Positions 18,955 to 28,588 of a DNA stretch of 36,333 nucleotides are shown here, piece after piece (the first letter of the stretch is position 1; each line of letters starts with the position of its first letter). The notes beneath the pieces are model-generated. The model had not been told where the DNA came from. It saw nothing but the letters and a program-made list of their open reading frames with translations, and ran no database searches. The translations under genes were made by a program, and so were the position numbers. Source of the stretch: Candidatus Hodarchaeum mangrovi (GTDB lineage: Archaea > Asgardarchaeota > Heimdallarchaeia > Hodarchaeales > Hodarchaeaceae); the NCBI GenBank assembly GCA_016839515.1, contig JAEOUE010000275.1:1-36333 (forward strand), read 5' to 3'.

Positions 18955-18990
18955 AAAATTTCCTTTTCCTCCTCTTTTTTTAAATTTTTA
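18955..18990 (+). terminator. Oligo-T archaeal-type terminator after lrp
   Basis: Pyrimidine/T-rich tract TTTTCCTTTTCCTCCTCTTTTTTTAAATTTTT directly after the stop. Confidence 0.4.
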
Positions 18991-19122
18991 TCTTGATTAA
19001 AAGAAAGTAATTAGTTTTTTATAATTTTTTTATTTTAATCCCCCAAGACATCATAGTTAAATGATGGTTCTATTTTTTATTAGTTCCGAGAAATATAACG
19101 CTAGGAACCCTGAGGTATTAAC

Positions 19123-20118
19123 TTGAAAGAAATTCAAATAACTTTACCTTCGGATCGTAAGACACTTCTTGATGAATTAATTAAAGAATATTCGGTTAAC
19201 GCCATATCATATGACTTTGGACCTTCCATCCGTTACGAACTTACAGTTAGCAATTATGAAACTAACATTTTTATCGAAGAATTAAAAGCAAGAGGAATTG
19301 GTACAGCCTATGGTACGATTCTTGTTCGTCCAGTTTCTCTTCTTATCTCCAGTCGAGGTTCTAAAAATACTATACCCTCAAGTGCTGGTGTAAATAGACA
19401 AGAAATTCTTGCTAATCTTGGAGATATTTCGGGTTTTGCTTATGATTATCTTCTTCTTAGCTTTCTTGCGTCAGCTTTAGCAGCCCTAGGATTGCTCAAT
19501 AATGATGCTGTTGTAATTATTGCATCAATGATAGTTGCTCCTCTTTTAGGACCAATTCTGTTAACTTCACTTGGCTTATTAACACTAGAAACAAGATCAT
19601 TCATCACGCGTGGGGTTTTTGCAGAATTTACGGGGATTATCACAGTAGTAATAACAGCTGCTTTTATTGGAGGTTTTTTCAGTTATTTATCAAGCATTAA
19701 TATTTTACCACCAATTGACCTGACGACAGAACTTTTAAACAGAACTAGATTAGACCTAGCTTCAGTATCCCTTGCAATTCTTGGTGGATTTGCAGCAGGT
19801 ATAGTTGTAGCTCGGGGTCTTGACGTTTCAATTGTAGGTGTAGCAATCGCAGCTTCTTTATGCCCTCCTGCTGCTACTATAGGTATTTTAAGTTCTTTAG
19901 GGGAAATAACACTAGCTATCCAAGCTTTAGGGTTACTTCTATTGAATATTTTTGTAATTAATTTATCTTGTACATTGGTTTTTTGGATTTTTGGAGTGAA
20001 AAGTACTGGAATTTCTAAAAGACAATCAGATAAGGTTCGACGTTTTATTGCAATTTGGATTATTATAGTAACTGTTTTATTATTATTAATTCTGATTCTT
20101 GCTAATATTATACGATAG
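19123..20118 (+). CDS. DUF389 / TIGR00341 family membrane protein
   Basis: LAALGLLNNDAVVIIASMIVAPLLGP and GVAIAASLCPPAATIG. Confidence 0.9.
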   Translation: MKEIQITLPSDRKTLLDELIKEYSVNAISYDFGPSIRYELTVSNYETNIFIEELKARGIGTAYGTILVRPVSLLISSRGSKNTIPSSAGVNRQEILANLGDISGFAYDYLLLSFLASALAALGLLNNDAVVIIASMIVAPLLGPILLTSLGLLTLETRSFITRGVFAEFTGIITVVITAAFIGGFFSYLSSINILPPIDLTTELLNRTRLDLASVSLAILGGFAAGIVVARGLDVSIVGVAIAASLCPPAATIGILSSLGEITLAIQALGLLLLNIFVINLSCTLVFWIFGVKSTGISKRQSDKVRRFIAIWIIIVTVLLLLILILANIIR

Positions 20119-20123
20119 AAGTA

Positions 20124-22487
20124 TTAATTCTCTCCTTCATCTTTCTCCCCTTTATTGTTATTTAACTGTACAATACATAATCGGCCTTCAATTACATCAA
20201 TTTTCGCATTAATTTCATTCTCATTTATCATTTCTAGAACAAGAGATTCCAATTCAGTTGGATCTAGCTCAACACTTCTGGCTAACGTTTCAATTGGAAC
20301 ACTTCCCAATTTACGAATTTTTTCAGCCAACTCCGCACGACTTTTTCTTCGTAATAAACCGTCTGATAATGATCCTGCTACACTTAAAACCCGCTGGAGA
20401 TCACCTTTTTGATATGCATGATAAATATCGTAAAGAATGTTAGCAAAAGACCCGATATTTCGAGTTAGGGCATCTTGTACTAATTTAACACCAATCTTAC
20501 TTTTATGCTCTATAACTTCCAGAGCAACAAGACCAGCATCAAATTTTAACAATCCTAACCAAATTTCATCGGATTTAAGAGTTTCATCTCCATAAAAGGA
20601 TAAATATGATCGAATCGCTTGTCTTTGTAAGGTAACATCTCTAGAGGCTATCATCCCTATTAATGAACGAACATGTTCTCGTTCAATCGGTGTAAGCGAC
20701 TTTTTGATATGAAAATTGACTAATTGTTCAATAAACTCCTCAATGAATTGTAAATCTTGTTTAGATATTTGGTTGATGATTACTACCTTCTGAGTATATC
20801 CAACAAAATCAGGAGAAGAAAGATCTACTAAGAACCAATCAGATAAAGCTTTTAAAAAGACTAATGGTCTAACTTTTATGAATTCCACGAAACTAGGAAT
20901 TAATTGAGCTGAATGTTTATCTAATTCTGCTGTTATCTTTTTAGCTGCATGTGTAGCCATATCACTATTCTTAGAGATAGCTTCTATTATTCCATTTAAG
21001 ATATTCGTCTCTGTCTCTTGAGGTGTGTTCAAGAATTTCTGAATAGCTTCTGCAAAAGCCTCTTGACTTTCAAAATCTGCTATAACTTCTTGTTTTTCTT
21101 TTTCAGGAGCTGTACTTGAAGATGATTCAAGCATATCAGGATCAATAACAATAGATGATTGTTCAGGAGAGGGAGTTTCTGAAGTGAGCTCCTCCATCAA
21201 AGATTCAATCATTTCTTGGGTAAGTTGTAGGGAGGGATCTGGGAAATCAAAATTTCTTTTCTCTGTATCTTCGAGTTTGATAGGATCAGGTTTTTCGGTC
21301 GGAGTTAGTATTTCTTTTATTGATGGAAGTTTCTCCTCTGTCACTTCCGACTCGTTGGGTGGTTTTTGTTCGCTTTCTGTGACGATTTCCTCAGGTGTAT
21401 AAGTTAATCGAGTAACTAAATCTTCCAAATTTGTATCTTTCTTCTTTGGTTCCTCGCCTTCAACTGAAAGTTCACTTTTTGAAATGCCCATACCTTTGAG
21501 GACTGCTTCAATGACTTTTATTCCCTCTGATTTAGTCAAATCCTCCATAATTACATTAAAACCTTTAGATCGAAGTGCTGTAACTTCACTGGAATCTTCT
21601 GGGCCAACAATTAGGTGATCGACAACACCTGCTCCTAATTCTGCTAACCCTTGCATTGAAGGTTTTACACCTAATAATTGTAGAATAAATTGTTCTCTAA
21701 AGGAAAATTTAGAAGGAATGAGTAAAGTAGAAGGAGATTTGGATTCTTTTAATACTTTAGTAAAGGATTTATGTAATAGTAGGATTGCAAGGCTGCAAGG
21801 ATCTCCAGGAAGAATTAATATCGCATCTGATTCTTCAATTATCTTTCTAATTCGGTCATTAATAATCTCTCTATTGGAATCTAGTCCAATAACTTCAATT
21901 AATGGTTTCGTCTTTTTCTTCCCTTTACTCTCTTGAGTCTCTTGTAATAATCGTTGTAACTCTTCGAGATCAGTTTTAGTTTCAGATTCTCTACTAATAT
22001 GTCCTGTAATTTGAAAATAACGAAGAGGGATTAATTCTCTTTCAGTTCGTATTTGAATAAATTCTTTTACGGGAAATTCTAGATTATACACTGTAATATG
22101 CTTTGAGGCATAATCAGTTAATGCCTGAAAGAATTCAGTAAAGTCTTGGTTTACCTTATGTCGTTCTGAAATCCATTGAACTAAGAATCTTTCTGTATCT
22201 GTCAGTGGTAATTTAGTTTGAGCAATTGGTTGTGAAAATACTTTAGTAAGAGAGCTCTTGGTCAAATCATCTGGTACTAATGCATTGGCAAGCTCTACTA
22301 ACTCAAGATGATACCAAAATTCAGTAATTTTATTTTTATCCTTACTGGTATTCCCATTTTCGGATAAAGTAAAATCTGCGGTTGTATTCAAAAGGATCGA
22401 AAACTCAAGGCCAGAAATCAGGAAATTTTTTAACAAGGGGTTTATTTCAACTCCTGTTGAAATAATCAATAGCTTTTTAGTTCCCAT
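20124..22487 (-). CDS. Multidomain protein: degenerate CofD/YvcK-like N-domain, acidic linker, helical region and C-terminal PCI-like winged helix
   Basis: KLLIISTG, ILLNTTADF and IIEESDAILILPGDPCSL resemble CofD/UPF0052. E/P/S-rich linker. C-terminal VPIETLARSVELDPTELESLVLEMINENEINAKIDVIEGRLCIV. Confidence 0.75.
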   Translation of the reverse strand: MGTKKLLIISTGVEINPLLKNFLISGLEFSILLNTTADFTLSENGNTSKDKNKITEFWYHLELVELANALVPDDLTKSSLTKVFSQPIAQTKLPLTDTERFLVQWISERHKVNQDFTEFFQALTDYASKHITVYNLEFPVKEFIQIRTERELIPLRYFQITGHISRESETKTDLEELQRLLQETQESKGKKKTKPLIEVIGLDSNREIINDRIRKIIEESDAILILPGDPCSLAILLLHKSFTKVLKESKSPSTLLIPSKFSFREQFILQLLGVKPSMQGLAELGAGVVDHLIVGPEDSSEVTALRSKGFNVIMEDLTKSEGIKVIEAVLKGMGISKSELSVEGEEPKKKDTNLEDLVTRLTYTPEEIVTESEQKPPNESEVTEEKLPSIKEILTPTEKPDPIKLEDTEKRNFDFPDPSLQLTQEMIESLMEELTSETPSPEQSSIVIDPDMLESSSSTAPEKEKQEVIADFESQEAFAEAIQKFLNTPQETETNILNGIIEAISKNSDMATHAAKKITAELDKHSAQLIPSFVEFIKVRPLVFLKALSDWFLVDLSSPDFVGYTQKVVIINQISKQDLQFIEEFIEQLVNFHIKKSLTPIEREHVRSLIGMIASRDVTLQRQAIRSYLSFYGDETLKSDEIWLGLLKFDAGLVALEVIEHKSKIGVKLVQDALTRNIGSFANILYDIYHAYQKGDLQRVLSVAGSLSDGLLRRKSRAELAEKIRKLGSVPIETLARSVELDPTELESLVLEMINENEINAKIDVIEGRLCIVQLNNNKGEKDEGEN

Positions 22488-23041
22488 GTCTTGGCCTCTT
22501 TAGTTTAGAAACAAAAGATCAGATATTTTAATATTTAGCTAAAATTTAACAAAAATGTCGGTTTATTACTTTCTTTTCTAGAATTCCCACAATTAATTAA
22601 AAATCATATCTTTTTGTAAAATTCTCTCTCGCAATTAATTTCGAAAATAAAAATTCTAATCTATCTTGTTTTTTAAATTTCTTTATAAATCTTGTTAACA
22701 AATATTATCATTATTATAAAAAAACTATGAAGAGTAGAAGCAAAAGAGAAATAAAAGCAATATTTCAATATAATTTATCAAACTTTATTGAAAATACCTC
22801 TATTTAGAATTTAAATACTCAAATATAATACAAAAGATTAAGATATAGGATTTTTTCTTTAAATTCTATCTTCTCCCATATTTTTAAACTTAGATTAATA
22901 CAATAAATTCACAAATACAGTAATTTAATTAAGATAATTTGATAATAAATACAAGATCTATATGCAAAAAAAGTTCTAAAAATCTTGTTTCTAAGAATTC
23001 TCTAATGATAAAAATAATTTTTTAAAAAAAAGGTGTCCTAA

Positions 23042-24205
23042 ATGACAATTAGTTTTGATTTGCCAGAAGAAGCACTAATGATACGCGAAACAGTTCGTGA
23101 ATTTGCCCAAAAAGAAATTGCTCCTATAGCTGGAGACCTAGATGAACAAGAAAGATTCTCTTATGATCTTACAAAAAAGATGGGAGATTTAGGTTTAATG
23201 GGGATATTCCTTCCAGAGGAATATGGAGGAAGTGGATTAAGTTATTTATCATATATTATTGCTGTAGAAGAACTAGCCCGAATAGATGGTTCACAAGCTG
23301 CTACCGTGGCTGCACATAATTCTTTAGGAATCGGTCCAATTTATTATTTCGGAACTAAGGATCAAAAGGATACATATTTGCCACAACTGACCACTGGTGA
23401 AAAACTATGGGGATTTGGATTGACAGAACCTGAAGCTGGATCAGATGCTGGAGGAACTAAAACAAAAGCAGTGAAAGAGGGAAATGAATGGATAATAAAT
23501 GGATCGAAAATTTTTATCACGAATGCATCTGAAAAAATAAACCTCGGTTCTACTATTCAAACTATTACTGGAACAACACCTGAAGGGAGAAAAATATATA
23601 CTTGTTTTCTGGTAGAACAAGGAACTGAAGGTTTTGAAGCAAGGACAATGCATAGAAAATTAATGTGGAGAGCAAGTATTACCTCTGAATTATATTTTAC
23701 TAATTGTCATGTTCCAGAGACCAATATACTAGGTAAAATAGGTGAAGGATTCCATCAAATGCTTGATACTTTGGATAAAGGACGATTATCAATTGGAGCA
23801 ATGGGTTTAGGGTGCGCACAAGGTGCATTTGAATTGGCTTTAGAATATGCAAAGCAACGAAAAGCTTTTGGGAAACCTATTTCTCATTTCCAAATTAATG
23901 CCTTTAAACTTGCAGATATGGCTGTAGAAATTGAGGCAGCTAGAAATCTTTTATATAAAGCCACCTGGTTATTTGATCAAGGACGTTCAGAGTACAACAA
24001 ATTTGCTGCGATGGCTAAATTATATTGTTCTGAAGTATCTAATCGTGTAGTAAATCAAGCTGTACAAATTCATGGTGGTTATGGTTTAATGAAAGAATAT
24101 CCAATCGAACGATTCTACCGAGACCAACGTTTACTAGAGATTGGCGAAGGTACTTCAGAAATACAAAGGCTAGTTATCGCTCGTCAATTAGGATGTTTTA
24201 AATAA
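23042..24205 (+). CDS. Acyl-CoA dehydrogenase
   Basis: PEEYGG, FGLTEPEAGSDAG, INGSKIFITN, QRKAFGKPI, QIHGGYG and EIGEGTSEIQR. Confidence 0.97.
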   Translation: MTISFDLPEEALMIRETVREFAQKEIAPIAGDLDEQERFSYDLTKKMGDLGLMGIFLPEEYGGSGLSYLSYIIAVEELARIDGSQAATVAAHNSLGIGPIYYFGTKDQKDTYLPQLTTGEKLWGFGLTEPEAGSDAGGTKTKAVKEGNEWIINGSKIFITNASEKINLGSTIQTITGTTPEGRKIYTCFLVEQGTEGFEARTMHRKLMWRASITSELYFTNCHVPETNILGKIGEGFHQMLDTLDKGRLSIGAMGLGCAQGAFELALEYAKQRKAFGKPISHFQINAFKLADMAVEIEAARNLLYKATWLFDQGRSEYNKFAAMAKLYCSEVSNRVVNQAVQIHGGYGLMKEYPIERFYRDQRLLEIGEGTSEIQRLVIARQLGCFK

Positions 24206-24209
24206 TTAC

Positions 24210-24758
24210 TCAAATTCTTTCATTATGTAAAAAAGAAAATATAAGTGTGTCCATTGTATCTCCCCATGATACATATTTTTCAGGTACTGAAGGAAGAGGT
24301 TCACTAGCTGGGGGATTATTCCTCGCATATCGGATATAAGAAATTTGAGCAAAATGATGTATCGCATGTAAAGAAGTCCGTTCAATCAACCAAGCCAATG
24401 TCCCTTTTTCAGCAATTTTATTTTGCTCAAATTTTGGTGTTTTTATTAATAGCTCTGAATCAGAGCAATTATCAAGTGAATCTATTAAATATTGACCTAA
24501 TTGATTATAAATGTGTATCATATCGATAATGGACATCGTTTTTTCAAGATATTGAAAAGATTCATCATCTAACATTTTAAGCCAATAGATTTCAGCATTT
24601 ATTATATGTCTAAAATAACTATAGATAGTTCGGGCATTTGTCCCTTCAGGAACCCAAAATAAATCCTCTGATGATAAATTTTCCATTATTTTGTTTCCAT
24701 ATTTTCTTAAAGTGACTATTACATTTTTAAGATCTTTTTTCCCATTCATATTCTTCAC
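24210..24758 (-). CDS. DinB/YfiT-like family protein
   Basis: LS.EDL.W.P...RTI...RHIINAE.YW and HAIHHFAQISY His pattern. Confidence 0.8.
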   Translation of the reverse strand: MKNMNGKKDLKNVIVTLRKYGNKIMENLSSEDLFWVPEGTNARTIYSYFRHIINAEIYWLKMLDDESFQYLEKTMSIIDMIHIYNQLGQYLIDSLDNCSDSELLIKTPKFEQNKIAEKGTLAWLIERTSLHAIHHFAQISYIRYARNNPPASEPLPSVPEKYVSWGDTMDTLIFSFLHNERI

Positions 24759-24771
24759 ACACGTTATATTC

Positions 24772-26274
24772 TTATTTTTTTAAATTAGATATTATATCAG
24801 TGGTTAATTTTGCACTACTAAATACTCCAGGTATTCCCCCTCCAGGGTGGGTCCCTGCACCTACAATATATAGACCTGTAAAATCTTCAAATCTATTATG
24901 TGGTCGAAAAAAAGCAGATTGCGTAAATGTAGGAGCTAAAGAAAAAACAGCTCCCTTATAGTCAAGATATCGTTCCTCAAAGTCTTTGGGTGTTAAAATT
25001 TTTTCAGTAGCTAAATGTTTAGATAGATTAGGAAGGAAATTTTTCTCTAAAAAGCCCATGATAAGATTTCTAAAAGGTATTTTTTCCTCCTCCCAATTGA
25101 TATTTGAATCTTGATTAGGAACAGGTACAAGAATATAAAAAGTTTCCCCTTCAGGGGGTGCCAGAGATCGATCAATACGAGATGGGACATATAAATATGC
25201 CGAAAAATCACCTTGCTGGTTTAATTGCTTTTTATTGAAAATTTCATCTATTAATCCTTTATATCGCTTACCAAGAATAATATTATGAAGATGTAAATCA
25301 GGATAAAGTCTATTTGTCCCAAAATAGATCATAAATACACTCATACTATATATAGAATGACGGTACTTAAATTCTCGGATTCTAGTCTTCTTAGCTTTAG
25401 GAATTAACTTTAAATAAGTTGTAGCAACAGGGGCATTTGATATAACAATATTGCTGTTTAATATTTTACCGTTTTGAAGAATAACTCCTGAAACTTTTTT
25501 TTTGGTCGAAAATAATACCTCTTTTACCTCAGAATTTAACTGAATATTTCCTCCCATACGAATAAAAAGTGCAGCGAGCTCCTCTACCAATTTTCCTGTA
25601 CCTCCTCTTACAAACCAAACACCCCATTCTTTCTCAACAGCTTGAATCAACATATAAATAGCTGTTATTTTAAATGGATTCCCCCCTATCAATAATGGAT
25701 GGTAACTAAAAACCATTCGTAATTTATCGCTTTTTATATATTTAGAAACATAAGAGTAGACAGATTTATACGCACCTAGCTTGAGTAACGCAGGAGCAAT
25801 TTTTAGCATAGACCAAAATGATTCAAAGGATTTATCTGAAAGCTCCATGAATCCCTTTTGAAAAATAGGCTCAATAGATTTAATCATCTTTTTATAACCT
25901 TCTGCATCATTAGAATCAATTGCTTTGATCTGTTGTATGTTTTCTTCTATTGTTGAATAATCAAAATGGGATCCATCATTAAAATAAATTCGAAAATAAG
26001 GTTTAACTGGTTTTAATTCTAAGAAATTAGACATTTTTTCATTATTTAGGCTGAATAATTCTTCAATAAGATAGGGAGCGGTTACTGCCGTTGGCCCTCC
26101 ATCAAAAATATAATTACCCTTTTTAAAGACTGATGCTTTTCCACCAAGACGATCAGTTTTCTCAAGAATTGAAACTTTATATCCAAGTGCTTGCATTCTA
26201 ATAGCTGCTGCTAATCCTCCTAATCCAGCTCCTATAACAATGACTCTCTTCTCATGATTTTGAATGTGAATCAT
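24772..26274 (-). CDS. crtI: Phytoene desaturase (CrtI family)
   Basis: VIGAGLGGLAAAIRMQALG, FDGGPT, YHPLLIGGNPF, RGGTGKLV and FRPHNR...YIVGAGTHPGGGIPGV. Confidence 0.92.
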   Translation of the reverse strand: MIHIQNHEKRVIVIGAGLGGLAAAIRMQALGYKVSILEKTDRLGGKASVFKKGNYIFDGGPTAVTAPYLIEELFSLNNEKMSNFLELKPVKPYFRIYFNDGSHFDYSTIEENIQQIKAIDSNDAEGYKKMIKSIEPIFQKGFMELSDKSFESFWSMLKIAPALLKLGAYKSVYSYVSKYIKSDKLRMVFSYHPLLIGGNPFKITAIYMLIQAVEKEWGVWFVRGGTGKLVEELAALFIRMGGNIQLNSEVKEVLFSTKKKVSGVILQNGKILNSNIVISNAPVATTYLKLIPKAKKTRIREFKYRHSIYSMSVFMIYFGTNRLYPDLHLHNIILGKRYKGLIDEIFNKKQLNQQGDFSAYLYVPSRIDRSLAPPEGETFYILVPVPNQDSNINWEEEKIPFRNLIMGFLEKNFLPNLSKHLATEKILTPKDFEERYLDYKGAVFSLAPTFTQSAFFRPHNRFEDFTGLYIVGAGTHPGGGIPGVFSSAKLTTDIISNLKK

Positions 26275-26405
26275 GATAATCCCTTAAACGAACCATTTGA
26301 TCAAAGGCTAAAACTTTTATGAATATCACTATTATTTCATCTTGAGTCTTCTCTTACCAAATTAAAGGAAAAAATTATTGAAATTTGGAGTTTCTTATAA
26401 TTTTG

Positions 26406-26435
26406 ATAAATTACTTCAAGGTAAAAGTAATTTAT
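26406..26435. repeat. Perfect 11-bp inverted repeat ATAAATTACTT-N8-AAGTAATTTAT upstream of crtI
   Basis: Arms at 26406-26416 and 26425-26435, seen directly. Confidence 0.6.
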
Positions 26436-26559
26436 TATTATAACTTTAATTCTATACTTAATTTCAAAAGAAGTGATAATTTTAAAGTTTCAGATGATAA
26501 TTGATTAATATTGGTTTTTGAACCATTTGTAAATAGATGAGTTATGATAAATGGATTAG

Positions 26560-26608
26560 AAAAAATGAAAATTAAAAATAAAAGAAATTAGGAGGTTATT
26601 ATCCTCCT
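26560..26608 (-). terminator. Hairpin plus T-rich tract terminating the DoxX/DoxD gene
   Basis: Stem AGGAGG/CCTCCT (26590-26608), followed on the minus strand by T-rich runs, about 30 bp after the stop at 26640. Confidence 0.5.
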
Positions 26609-26639
26609 CTTATATATTAGTAAAGCAAAACTAAAGGAT

Positions 26640-27182
26640 TTACTTTAAAATTGGGAATTTCTTTACAAAAGATAATTCGGACCATTTTTTCCCTAAACCT
26701 AGATAATTTCCAACTGGAACAACTAAGAATAAACCCAAAATAAGAATGTATATTATGTGTTCGTCAATGAGTGGATTAAATACCATTGTTCCTGTTGCAG
26801 GATTAATTATCCATTCAGCTAAATACACAGAAGCAAGGAATATAATTGTAGAAATACTGGAGAGTCGTACAAAAATACCAGTCATCAACCCTATTCCTGC
26901 AAATAAAAGCATACCCATATATGCAAAATCAACTAGCTGATACAAGCTTCCTAATCCATCGGTAAAAATAAACGCAAATGGACTATTTTGATTAATCCCA
27001 TAAATTTGTAAAAAACCCTGTGTTGGGGATGCTCCGGCTAGCCAAGAATTCGCTGGGCTTGTAGCAAATCCAAGGCCAAACATTTTATCAAGGAAAGGCC
27101 ATAGAAAAATAAAACCTATTGCAATGCGTAATATTCCTAATATTTTTTCATTAAGTCTAAGTTTTTCAATTAAATCAGTCAA
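26640..27182 (-). CDS. DoxX / DoxD (thiosulfate:quinone oxidoreductase subunit-like) membrane protein
   Basis: LRIAIGFIFLWPFLDKMFGLGFAT...WL.G.SPT.GFL, NPLIDEHIIY and GLGKKW. Confidence 0.85.
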   Translation of the reverse strand: MTDLIEKLRLNEKILGILRIAIGFIFLWPFLDKMFGLGFATSPANSWLAGASPTQGFLQIYGINQNSPFAFIFTDGLGSLYQLVDFAYMGMLLFAGIGLMTGIFVRLSSISTIIFLASVYLAEWIINPATGTMVFNPLIDEHIIYILILGLFLVVPVGNYLGLGKKWSELSFVKKFPILK

Positions 27183-27221
27183 ATATTGTCCCTCTATCTG
27201 ATATTAATAAAGTTAAACGAT

Positions 27222-27249
27222 ATAACTACTGCTTTAGGCAGTTCGTTAT
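27222..27249. promoter_or_regulatory. Imperfect inverted repeat upstream of the DoxX gene
   Basis: ATAAC-T-ACTGC-TTTAG-GCAGT-TC-GTTAT, 40-67 bp upstream of the start at 27182. Confidence 0.35.
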
Positions 27250-27384
27250 TCAATCCCCAGAGTTAGATTTGATTATTTTAACTTTTTCAATTTTTTAATT
27301 TATTTATTATATTTTATTTATTTACTTTAAAAAGTTCAAAAAGTCAAAAAACGAAGATTAAAAAGCATTCAGAGCTCGCACTAT

Positions 27385-28068
27385 TTGAATATGAATAAAT
27401 CCCCAGTTATTCAAAAAGATACCATAAATATTATATTCTCCTTTTCTTTCATGGTTTTACTGCCTTTCATTGTACTTATATTCCCTATAGTTATGATTTT
27501 ATTCAATTTAGTATTCTTTCCCTTTTCTTTAATTCATGAACTGGGTCACTTAATAACCTCCCTATGGTTACTCCCATCACATAATCCTATTTTACACTTT
27601 GAAATTATAAATGGAGAATTAGTTTGCAGTTGTGATTTGTCGCAAGAACTAATGTGCTGCTTGAATTCAATTATTGTTGTACTTGCAGGATCAGGTTCTG
27701 TTATTTTCATAATTATTCTTCTTCTATTCTTGTTGGCTAAAAGTAAAAATAAAAATATTAGAAACCTGGGGGTGTTATTTCTTCTTTTTGGATTACTTTC
27801 AGATCTCCCAAATCTATTCCCCATTTTACCGTCAGGAATTGGATCACCGACGGATGGTTACATTACATATTCTTTCTTGTCACAAATGGGTTTTTTTCCA
27901 ATATTATCTATAAGAATTTCATCTTTCTTTTCATTATTCTCATTCTTCATTGTCTTAATTTCATTTTATTTTCTAGGCTCTTTCATCTTCAACCTCCTAA
28001 AGTTTTTGCTTAATAGAAATCCAAGAATCAAAATAAGAGATCAAGAAGAGATTAATCTCCAAACGTAG
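27385..28068 (+). CDS. M50/site-2-protease-like membrane zinc metalloprotease
   Basis: IHELGH within a TM region, VVLAG, and NLFPILP....TDG (NxxP..DG). Confidence 0.8.
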   Translation: MNMNKSPVIQKDTINIIFSFSFMVLLPFIVLIFPIVMILFNLVFFPFSLIHELGHLITSLWLLPSHNPILHFEIINGELVCSCDLSQELMCCLNSIIVVLAGSGSVIFIIILLLFLLAKSKNKNIRNLGVLFLLFGLLSDLPNLFPILPSGIGSPTDGYITYSFLSQMGFFPILSIRISSFFSLFSFFIVLISFYFLGSFIFNLLKFLLNRNPRIKIRDQEEINLQT

Positions 28069-28192
28069 AATTTCCACAATATATAATTTTCTAATTAGGT
28101 ATAGAAGTGAAGATATCAGTCTTTATAGAATATCGCGATTTTTTTAAGTATTCAAGGTTTAGTTACTTTTGATTTTAAGTTTTTAAGGAATT

Positions 28193-28588
28193 TTATTTAT
28201 TCAGTTTGTCTCTCAAGCGATTAGCCCATTCTTGATACCTTGTAGCCTTATTAATATTGTTTTGACTAATAGCTTCTTTATTGGCCCTTAAGTAAGCTAT
28301 ATATGCTTCATGATAGAATTCTTGTGATTCCAATAAATTTCCTAAGCTCCACCAAGTTAAATGATTATTAGGATCAAGTTCTAATGCTTTTTTCCAAAAA
28401 TTTTGAGCATCTTCATAATTGCCTAAATTATAGCTTGCTAATCCTAAATTGCGATATATCTCTGGATTGTCCTCATCTTCCTTGAGAGCAACTAGAAGAG
28501 AATCAATAGCTTTAGAATTTTCCGCTTCACGTATGAAATCAATTCCTCGCCTCAGATTAGCATTCAATGATAAGTGACTCCAAATCAC
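28193..28588 (-). CDS. Small TPR-repeat protein
   Basis: NPEIYRNLGLASYNLGNYEDA...KALELDPNN..W..LG. The true start may be TTG 28567. Confidence 0.85.
   Translation of the reverse strand: MIWSHLSLNANLRRGIDFIREAENSKAIDSLLVALKEDEDNPEIYRNLGLASYNLGNYEDAQNFWKKALELDPNNHLTWWSLGNLLESQEFYHEAYIAYLRANKEAISQNNINKATRYQEWANRLRDKLNK

Noticed and set aside
22488-23041. Replication origin
   Set aside because: AT-rich, but I see no ORB-like G-string repeats and no adjacent orc1/cdc6.
26290-26529. 10-bp direct repeat GAACCATTTG (26290 and 26520) as the target-site duplication of a MITE
   Set aside because: No terminal inverted repeats inside the repeats and no transposase nearby, so chance is plausible.
27270-27350. 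TTTA/TTAT-rich quasi-repeats as a tandem repeat or CRISPR remnant
   Set aside because: Low-complexity AT sequence without regular repeat-spacer periodicity.
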